A DNA stretch of 64,000 nucleotides from a virus (IMGVR_UViG_3300008267_000023:19218-83217), one strand, 5' to 3'. Numbered from the stretch's first letter, positions 49,204 to 54,931 are shown. Notes: generated by a model not told the origin, from the letters alone. Translations and numbers: made by a program.

Positions 49204-49899
49204 ATGGATTATAAGGACCTGCAAAATCTTTCCAACCTAACAAGACAAGTTTTGTCTGAATCAAATCAACCAAAAGAGTCATATTTGGATAAGTGGCCCT
49301 ATACTTCTCCATATCTTGAAGAAGAAGTTATTGATGAAGAGAGAGCAGAGGGTGTAAAACCATATCGTCCAACTATGTCTCAGGCAGAAGTTAGGGCAGA
49401 TGCAAAGAAAGCTCGTGAAAAGCACTTAAAAAGTGCTGAAGGAAAAACTGGTTATGGTCCTGAAGAGAAGTTTAAGGATTGGAAAGATAAAGCAACCCCA
49501 GGTTCAACTCTCAAGAGAAAGGGTGGAGAAGAGGAAACTGTTTCACAAAGAATGGACCGTGAAAAGCCTTATGGTAAGAGAATGACTGGTCCTCTTGCTA
49601 GAGCACAAGGAAGTCGTACTGCTTCTGCTGTAACAAGAACAACCGAGGGTCCAGGAGAACCTCAAGCAGTTACAATGCCTAGAAAAGGTAGAGAAGAAGC
49701 ACCAAAGAAAAAGGCAAAGCCTTCTAGAGAAATTATCCGTAGAGCAAAGACAGAAGAAAGCTTCGATCTTTATGATCTAATTCTTGCACACCTAGTTAGT
49801 GAAGGATTTGCTGAGACTCCAAAAGCAGCAGTTGCAATTATGAGCAACATGAGTGAAGCATGGGTAGACAGCATTGTTGACTACTACATCGAAGGTTGA
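49204..49899 (+). CDS. putative internal head protein
   Basis: TATAAATA late promoter; C-terminal DLYDLILAHLVSEGFA...MSEAW module. Confidence 0.55.
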   Translation: MDYKDLQNLSNLTRQVLSESNQPKESYLDKWPYTSPYLEEEVIDEERAEGVKPYRPTMSQAEVRADAKKAREKHLKSAEGKTGYGPEEKFKDWKDKATPGSTLKRKGGEEETVSQRMDREKPYGKRMTGPLARAQGSRTASAVTRTTEGPGEPQAVTMPRKGREEAPKKKAKPSREIIRRAKTEESFDLYDLILAHLVSEGFAETPKAAVAIMSNMSEAWVDSIVDYYIEG

Positions 49900-49926
49900 C
49901 TTTTTTCTAAAAACCTGGTATAAATA
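49896..49926 (+). promoter_or_regulatory. overlapping sigma70-like and T4 late promoter
   Basis: TTGACT-17-TATAAA, with TATAAATA at 49919. Confidence 0.7.
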
Positions 49927-49945
49927 AAACATACAACATAAAACA

Positions 49946-50047
49946 ATGACTAACCTTCATACACAACCAAAGAGTGATTATAATCCCATTACCTGCTGGT
50001 TTATGGGAGAATCCCTCTTGGTTGCAAATGTGGTAAGTCAAAGTTAA
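49946..50047 (+). CDS. leader peptide (33 aa) of putative tRNA-array attenuator
   Basis: MTNLHTQPKSDYNPITCWFMGESLLVANVVSQS; overlaps alternative RNA stems. Confidence 0.65.
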   Translation: MTNLHTQPKSDYNPITCWFMGESLLVANVVSQS

Positions 50048-50071
50048 CAGAACAAACCATAAAAGCAATCA

Positions 50072-50106
50072 AGAGGGAGAATCCAAAAGGTTCTCCCTCT
50101 TTTTTT
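50072..50106 (+). terminator. intrinsic terminator (attenuator 3:4 hairpin)
   Basis: agagggagaatc-caaaa-ggttctccctct followed by a T run. Confidence 0.85.
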
Positions 50107-50113
50107 ATGCCTT

Positions 50114-50171
50114 GTGCCACTTGTTCAACTGGTCGTATCATTTGCCACTGGGGTCCAAACCCTGGTATATT
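50114..50171 (+). promoter_or_regulatory. early promoter P1 of the tRNA array
   Basis: GTGCCACTT..AACTGGTC; TTGCCA-18-TATATT with extended TG. Confidence 0.7.
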
Positions 50172-50209
50172 ACATGAGTCGGTGGGGGAACGAGACCCCA
50201 AACTGCCAA

Positions 50210-50266
50210 GTCCACTTTCGGAACTGGCACAACCCACTTGCCCCGCAACGGGTTCCGTGGTATTCT
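50210..50266 (+). promoter_or_regulatory. early promoter P2 of the tRNA array
   Basis: GTCCACTT..AACTGGCAC; TTGCCC-17-TATTCT with extended TG. Confidence 0.7.
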
Positions 50267-50272
50267 TAAGGA

Positions 50273-50309
50273 GTGGTTGAGAGACCACCAGCACCTTGAC
50301 AACTGAATA
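50273..50309 (+). promoter_or_regulatory. boxB/boxA-like antitermination signal
   Basis: GAGA-tetraloop hairpin, then GCACCTTGACAACTGAATA resembling cyanobacterial rrn boxA. Confidence 0.55.
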
Positions 50310-50324
50310 ATTACCACATTATAT

Positions 50325-50396
50325 GGGTCTGTAACTCAATGGTAGAGTAACGGGCTTTTAACCTGGAAGTTGTGAGTTCGAGCCTCACCAGACCCA
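50325..50396 (+). tRNA. tRNA-Lys(TTT)
   Basis: Cloverleaf; ctTTTaa. Confidence 0.9.
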
Positions 50397-50434
50397 TTGA
50401 CCGCCGCAGTTCGGTCATTAAATATCAACTGTTC

Positions 50435-50516
50435 GGGTAGGTGTCCGAGTGGTTAATGGAGGCGGACTGTAAATCCGCTGGCTCTGCCTACGGGGGTTCA
50501 AATCCCTCCCTGCCCA
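50435..50516 (+). tRNA. tRNA-Tyr(GTA)
   Basis: gcgga-ctGTAaa-tccgc; long variable arm. Confidence 0.92.
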
Positions 50517-50520
50517 CCTT

Positions 50521-50593
50521 GACCTTGTAACTCAGTGGTTAGAGTGCTACCCTGTCACGGTAGAAGTCGTGGGTTCAAGTCCCATCAAGGTCG
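50521..50593 (+). tRNA. tRNA-Asp(GTC)
   Basis: ctacc-ctGTCac-ggtag. Confidence 0.92.
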
Positions 50594-50594
50594 T

Positions 50595-50753
50595 TGTTAC
50601 ACTGCCGATGGAGTATCCCTCCTTGGTGGTTGTAGCACGTTATCCTGAATGTTGCCAGTTAGGTAAGGAATAACGTAGCGAGAAACTGGAAGAGGGGAGG
50701 AAGTGGAAGCCGTTGATTTTAAATCAACTTAGAGGTGCATTTGCTTCTTCCTC
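50595..50753 (+). ncRNA. structured spacer RNA (hairpin, pseudoknot, long hairpin)
   Basis: Multiple complementary stems, many with G-U pairs. Confidence 0.5.
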
Positions 50754-50758
50754 ATCAA

Positions 50759-50831
50759 GGTCCTATCGTCTAGAGGCCAAGGACATCACTCTTTCACAGT
50801 GAAGACACGGGTTCAAATCCCGTTAGGACTA
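50759..50831 (+). tRNA. tRNA-Glu(TTC)
   Basis: tcact-ctTTCac-agtga. Confidence 0.92.
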
Positions 50832-50835
50832 CCTT

Positions 50836-50909
50836 GGGAACATAGCTCCAACTGGTAGAGCACAGGGCTGAAGACCTTGGTGTTGTCGGTTCAAATCCGA
50901 CTGTTCCCA
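50836..50909 (+). tRNA. tRNA-Phe(GAA)
   Basis: caggg-ctGAAga-ccttg. Confidence 0.9.
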
Positions 50910-50911
50910 CT

Positions 50912-51047
50912 TGGGTTGTTGCCCGATATGAAAAACACTTCTAGTTACTTTAGCGGGTAACAATAGTTGTGAAAAATCGGAATTACCCCTGCCCGTTCTC
51001 TTCGGGATGCGAATTGGGGAAAGGCAAAGGGAAGAGACAACAACCCA
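50912..51047 (+). ncRNA. structured multi-branch spacer RNA
   Basis: 10-bp closing stem tgggttgttg/caacaaccca enclosing two arms. Confidence 0.5.
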
Positions 51048-51051
51048 TATT

Positions 51052-51123
51052 GGAACCGTAGCTCAGTGGTAGAGCACTCGGCTGATAACCGAGCGGTCAC
51101 AAGTTCAAATCTTGTCGGTTCCA
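51052..51123 (+). tRNA. tRNA-Ile(GAT)
   Basis: ctcgg-ctGATaa-ccgag. Confidence 0.92.
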
Positions 51124-51142
51124 TTCCCTTTATGGGAAACTC

Positions 51143-51232
51143 GGAAGTGTGGCAGAGAGGTCTAATGCAGTGGATTGCTAATCCGCCGATGTTCTTTAAG
51201 GGCATCCGTTGGTTCGAATCCAACCACTTCCG
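51143..51232 (+). tRNA. tRNA-Ser(GCT)
   Basis: ttGCTaa; long variable arm. Confidence 0.92.
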
Positions 51233-51235
51233 TTT

Positions 51236-51309
51236 GGCAGTATAGCTCAGTCTGGCAGAGCACGGGTCTCATATGCCTATGGTCGATAGTTCAAATCTAT
51301 CTACTGCCT
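51236..51309 (+). tRNA. tRNA-Met(CAT)
   Basis: Cloverleaf; ctCATat. Confidence 0.85.
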
Positions 51310-51310
51310 T

Positions 51311-51382
51311 GTGTCGTTAGCCTAGTGGTTAAGGCAGTAGTTTGTGGAACTACCTAGATGAGTTCAATTCTCATACGACACC
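51311..51382 (+). tRNA. tRNA-His(GTG)
   Basis: gtagt-ttGTGga-actac; C73. Confidence 0.9.
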
Positions 51383-51384
51383 CC

Positions 51385-51462
51385 GTTTAGGTGGCAGAGT
51401 GGTCAAATGCAACAGTCTGCAAAACTGTAAAACCGTGGGTTCGAATCCCACCCTAAACTCCA
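51385..51462 (+). tRNA. tRNA-Cys(GCA)
   Basis: acagt-ctGCAaa-actgt; U73, encoded CCA. Confidence 0.92.
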
Positions 51463-51463
51463 A

Positions 51464-51535
51464 TCCAGAATCGACTAACTGGCAGGTCACCACCCTTTGA
51501 AGGTGTTCGTCTGGGTTCGAATCCTAGTTCTGGAA
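51464..51535 (+). tRNA. tRNA-Gln(TTG)
   Basis: ctTTGaa; cloverleaf. Confidence 0.88.
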
Positions 51536-51539
51536 CTAT

Positions 51540-51620
51540 GCCCCTGTGGTGAAATGGTAGACACAGTTGACTCAAAATCAACCGCAGAAATGCATGTCGG
51601 TTCGAATCCGACTGGGGGCA
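51540..51620 (+). tRNA. tRNA-Leu(CAA)
   Basis: gttga-ctCAAaa-tcaac. Confidence 0.9.
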
Positions 51621-51625
51621 CCTAA

Positions 51626-51697
51626 GCAGGATTGGTGTAATTGGTAGCACGAGAGTCTCCAAAACTTTTAGTAGAGGTTCAAGTCCTCTATCCTGTG
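51626..51697 (+). tRNA. tRNA-Trp(CCA)
   Basis: agagt-ctCCAaa-acttt. Confidence 0.9.
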
Positions 51698-51700
51698 CTT

Positions 51701-51774
51701 GTTCTCTTAACTCAGTGGAATAGAGTGCTTGGCTACGAACCAAGAAGTCGGAGGTTCAAATCCTCCAGAGAACG
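51701..51774 (+). tRNA. tRNA-Arg(ACG)
   Basis: cttgg-ctACGaa-ccaag. Confidence 0.92.
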
Positions 51775-51775
51775 C

Positions 51776-51804
51776 TTGACAATCTATGCTACATATAGTA
51801 TGAT
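51776..51804 (+). promoter_or_regulatory. internal sigma70-like promoter
   Basis: TTGACA-17-TATGAT. Confidence 0.7.
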
Positions 51805-51813
51805 TGTTATATT

Positions 51814-51898
51814 GGAAAGGTGGTCGAGTGGTTGAAGGCTCTAGTCTTGAAAACTAGCGATGTGAAAGCATCCGTGGGTTCGAATCCCACCCTTTCCG
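51814..51898 (+). tRNA. tRNA-Ser(TGA)
   Basis: ctagt-ctTGAaa-actag. Confidence 0.92.
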
Positions 51899-51918
51899 TT
51901 GCTCCTTGTGAGCAAAAT

Positions 51919-51992
51919 GCCTCCGTAGCTCAGCTGGATAGAGCAACGGTTTTGTAAACCGTAGGTCGTCGGTTCAAGTCCGACCGTGGGCT
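51919..51992 (+). tRNA. tRNA-Thr(TGT)
   Basis: acggt-ttTGTaa-accgt. Confidence 0.92.
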
Positions 51993-52020
51993 TGACAGAA
52001 TTTCAATTCTGTCTTACACT
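51992..52020 (+). promoter_or_regulatory. internal sigma70-like promoter
   Basis: TTGACA-17-TACACT. Confidence 0.6.
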
Positions 52021-52071
52021 TCTTTAGTCCGTGTGAAGGAAGTGAGTTGAGGAAGAAATTCCTCAACATTT

Positions 52072-52146
52072 GCGAAAGTAACTCAACGGTAGAGTCCCTG
52101 CCTTCCAAGCAGGTTGTTGCGAGTTCGAATCTCGTCTTTCGCTCCA
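52072..52146 (+). tRNA. tRNA-Gly(TCC)
   Basis: cctgc-ctTCCaa-gcagg; encoded CCA. Confidence 0.92.
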
Positions 52147-52218
52147 GGGAAATTAACTCAGTGGTAGAGTGGCCTCCTTACAAGTGGTAAGTCACTGGTT
52201 CGAATCCAGTATTTCCCA
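52147..52218 (+). tRNA. tRNA-Val(TAC)
   Basis: ctTACaa; cloverleaf. Confidence 0.9.
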
Positions 52219-52249
52219 TTAACAATATACATATATTGTTAAACAAACT

Positions 52250-52323
52250 CGGGATGTAGCGCAGCTTGGTAGCGCATCTGTTTTGGGAACAGAGGGTCGT
52301 AGGTTCGAATCCTATCATCCCGA
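52250..52323 (+). tRNA. tRNA-Pro(TGG)
   Basis: tctgt-ttTGGga-acaga. Confidence 0.92.
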
Positions 52324-52348
52324 CTTGAAACAATTTTCTTTTAATTAT

Positions 52349-52960
52349 ATGGACACAATTCACTATCTTTATAAAGAAAATTGTTTCAGTCAATCCGAAT
52401 TGGATTTGATTTTTGATGAGTTAAACTTTTTAAATAATCCATTAATTCTTGAGGGTCCAGAAGTAACTGGTTCAGCAGAAAAAAATGGTTCTTTCAAGAA
52501 GAAGAATAAAGGTGTTTGGGTGAGTGATTTTTACACAAATCCACATAAAACATCTTTATGGAGATTAACTAGAAAAGTTTTAGATAATTATATATTAGAT
52601 TATAGTCAATTGCACTATTCAAATAGAGCAGTGCTAAATACAAATTACTCTAAAACATTATTATCTTATTATGAAAATGCAGATTGTTATGAACCACATA
52701 CTGATTCTGCATCAGTAACAGTGTTATTTTGGTTTTTCAAAGAACCAAAGCATTTTGATGGGGGAGACCTCATTCTTAATGATATTGGAAAAACATTTGA
52801 AGTACAAAATAACTCAATGTTGATGTTTCCTTCTTGGGCAAAACATTCTGTTACTGAAGTAAAAATGGATGAAAAGTATTTAAATCAAAAATTGGGTAGA
52901 TACTCAATTACAATGTTTATGCATATTCATCCACATTATGATTATATTTCTAACAAATGA
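52349..52960 (+). CDS. 2OG-Fe(II) oxygenase
   Basis: HTD...FDGGDL...FPSWAKHSV...RYSIT; start at MDTIHY. Confidence 0.85.
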   Translation: MDTIHYLYKENCFSQSELDLIFDELNFLNNPLILEGPEVTGSAEKNGSFKKKNKGVWVSDFYTNPHKTSLWRLTRKVLDNYILDYSQLHYSNRAVLNTNYSKTLLSYYENADCYEPHTDSASVTVLFWFFKEPKHFDGGDLILNDIGKTFEVQNNSMLMFPSWAKHSVTEVKMDEKYLNQKLGRYSITMFMHIHPHYDYISNK

Positions 52961-53124
52961 AAATAAATCTCTGGTACTGTAAAGATATGGGTCAGTGGAG
53001 GTGGTCATTAACTGATGATTCCCGACCAATCGTTAAGCAGGAAACTGGTCAACAACCAGATTTACGAGTTGCAATGAATGACATTGCAAACACTGTTGAA
53101 TATATGCTTTCTAAGGAAAGTTAA
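52957..53124 (+). CDS. hypothetical protein (55 aa)
   Basis: MKINLWYCKDMGQWRWSL...; ATGA overlap. Confidence 0.6.
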   Translation: MKINLWYCKDMGQWRWSLTDDSRPIVKQETGQQPDLRVAMNDIANTVEYMLSKES

Positions 53125-53130
53125 TTTTAT

Positions 53131-53202
53131 TCCCCTATAGCTCAACGGCAGAGCAGAGAGCTGTTAACTCTAAGGTTCCTCGTTCGAATCGAGGTGGGGG
53201 AG
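53131..53202 (+). tRNA. tRNA-Asn(GTT)
   Basis: ctGTTaa; cloverleaf. Confidence 0.9.
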
Positions 53203-53227
53203 TTGGAAGTCCTAGGTCTTCCAAACT

Positions 53228-53328
53228 GAAAATGCTGGACAAACTTCGGGGGTACAAATCCTTGCAAGGTCTCCCTGCCCATTACCTGGTGGTTCCTGAG
53301 AACAGGAAGAATAAGGTCTGGTGTTTTC
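53228..53328 (+). ncRNA. structured spacer RNA, possibly manA-motif related
   Basis: 13-bp closing stem gaaaatgctggac/gtctggtgttttc with internal hairpins. Confidence 0.45.
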
Positions 53329-53331
53329 TTT

Positions 53332-53413
53332 GTCGATGTGGCGGAATTGGTAGACGCGCTGGGTTTAGGTTCCAGTGAAGTAATTCGTGGAGGTTCAAGT
53401 CCTCTCATCGATA
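53332..53413 (+). tRNA. tRNA-Leu(TAG)
   Basis: ctggg-ttTAGgt-tccag. Confidence 0.92.
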
Positions 53414-53445
53414 TTAGGATTTTTATCCTAAATAAAAAAAAAAAC

Positions 53446-53518
53446 GGGGAATTAGCTCAGTTGGTAGAGCAGGGTCTTTGCAAGGCCAAGGTCAGGAGTT
53501 CGAGTCTCCTATTCTCCA
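53446..53518 (+). tRNA. tRNA-Ala(TGC)
   Basis: G3:U70; ttTGCaa. Confidence 0.92.
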
Positions 53519-53540
53519 TTAACCAATTGCGTAGGGAAGT

Positions 53541-53981
53541 ATGGAACTTCAAACGATTGGGTCAAAGGTTTTAAGAGAAAAAGCAAAAAGAGTAGCAAAT
53601 ATTGATGATACCATAAGGTATCTTTGTTTTAATATGGCAAAGACCATGAGAGAGAAAAATGGTATTGGTATTGCTGCTCCTCAAGTTGGTGTAAGTAAAA
53701 GAATTATAATTGTTGATAATAAAGGAAAAGACTGGATTTTAATCAATCCAGAAATAGTATGGAAAAGTGATACCCTTGTTAATTTTGAAGAAGGATGTCT
53801 AAGTGTTCCTGGTGTTTTTGATAATGTGAAAAGACCAGAATCAATAAAGATTAAATATAGAAACGCAAAGGGAAAACCAATCTTCGAAAAAGTAGATGGT
53901 TTATTGTCGAGAATTGTTCAACATGAGATTGACCATTTAGATGGAGTTTTATTTGTTGACTATTTGAAAGAAAAAGAGTAA
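53541..53981 (+). CDS. def: peptide deformylase
   Basis: GIGIAAPQVG, EGCLS, HEIDHLDG. Confidence 0.95.
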   Translation: MELQTIGSKVLREKAKRVANIDDTIRYLCFNMAKTMREKNGIGIAAPQVGVSKRIIIVDNKGKDWILINPEIVWKSDTLVNFEEGCLSVPGVFDNVKRPESIKIKYRNAKGKPIFEKVDGLLSRIVQHEIDHLDGVLFVDYLKEKE

Positions 53982-53990
53982 TATATAAAG

Positions 53991-54226
53991 TGTTCAAGAG
54001 GATGGGAATTCTGATGTTTCGGACTGGGGTTCGATTCCCCACATCTCCATTTCAGGGGGATGTACTGGTTTCGACGGGGCATAAAGGTCTTATCTGTTGA
54101 CGGGACAAACAAACAAACAAACGCAGCGAATAAAATCGTCAAGTTCACTCGTCAGTCTGCACCTGTTGCAGTTTGACTCTAAATGAGTGGAGGGGGTTAT
54201 AAGTTTCCTTCTTACCCAAAACTTAC
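53991..54226 (+). ncRNA. ssrA: circularly permuted (two-piece) tmRNA
   Basis: T-arm + CATCTCCA (54025-54049) precedes GGGGATGTA..GGTTTCGAC (54056); G3:U70; tag ANKIVKFTRQSAPVAV* (54126-54176); downstream pseudoknot. Confidence 0.9.
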
Positions 54227-54228
54227 AT

Positions 54229-54249
54229 AGGGGTGCAATGCCCCTTTTA
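54229..54249 (+). terminator. intrinsic terminator after tmRNA
   Basis: aggggt-gcaat-gcccct followed by Ts. Confidence 0.7.
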
Positions 54250-54288
54250 TTTTATAAATACTCAAGAATTATTCATTTTAGAAAGTTC

Positions 54289-54453
54289 ATGAAGTCACTC
54301 ACATTAACTGTAAACAATATTGCTCCTTTCTTTGTTGCAGCAGTAGTCTCCGCATCGACTGCTTTCATTGGATTTGGTTTTTATCATGGGACCTTCCATA
54401 TGAATGCAAATCAAGCACACTGCCACCAAGATGGAGTTTGTCACAATCACTGA
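54289..54453 (+). CDS. small membrane peptide with His/Cys-rich tail
   Basis: TM segment then HCHQDGVCHNH; TATAAATA at 54253. Confidence 0.6.
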   Translation: MKSLTLTVNNIAPFFVAAVVSASTAFIGFGFYHGTFHMNANQAHCHQDGVCHNH

Positions 54454-54603
54454 GGTAAATTATGAAATTTGTTATCATTGCAATTCTTTCTAGTGTTGTT
54501 TCTATTGTGACATGGGAAAGTTTACATGTTGTTTATCATATTGATGGACCCAAAGAAGAAGTGATTAGTAAAAAAATAAATAATTAAAATTCGAATTAAA
54601 ACA

Positions 54604-54852
54604 ATGGGAAGATTTACTGATTTATTCCAAGAAAATCAACCAGCAGAAGAAGTTTTTGCTCCTGCACCAGTAGCAGAATCAGTAGAGGTATCTGCACCTG
54701 TAGTTGAAGTTACGGAACTCTCTGCACCAGAAGCAGTTGTGGAAGAAAATGAAATTTTCAATCCAAATGCTAGAGACAGAGATGGTGATGGTCTTGTTCA
54801 GGAAGGAACAATTCACGAAAGACCAGTATCAAAGAAAACAAAAAAATACTGA
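54604..54852 (+). CDS. hypothetical acidic protein
   Basis: DRDGDGLVQEGT (DxDxDG loop). Confidence 0.55.
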   Translation: MGRFTDLFQENQPAEEVFAPAPVAESVEVSAPVVEVTELSAPEAVVEENEIFNPNARDRDGDGLVQEGTIHERPVSKKTKKY

Positions 54853-54909
54853 GGACAGTCGGGCAACCGTCCACTGAAGTCCCCAACCCAGTCCGAGTCG
54901 TGCTATGAT
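54853..54909 (+). promoter_or_regulatory. early promoter
   Basis: GGACAGT..AACCGTCCAC; TGCTATGAT at the 48-bp offset. Confidence 0.75.
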
Positions 54910-54931
54910 TACTAGGTAATCAAAGAGGTGC

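Noticed and set aside
50594-50690. HDV-like (theta) ribozyme at a tRNA 3' end
   Set aside because: Could not build P3/L3/P1.1 or the catalytic J4/2 by eye
47410-53518. Suppressor tRNA or stop-codon reassignment
   Set aside because: No CTA, TTA or TCA anticodons; long genes are intact under the standard code
50001-53574. ORF-track entries overlapping the tRNA array (50001, 50945, 51175, 51453, 51641, 52178, 53142, 53338)
   Set aside because: They are translations of tRNA or regulatory sequence
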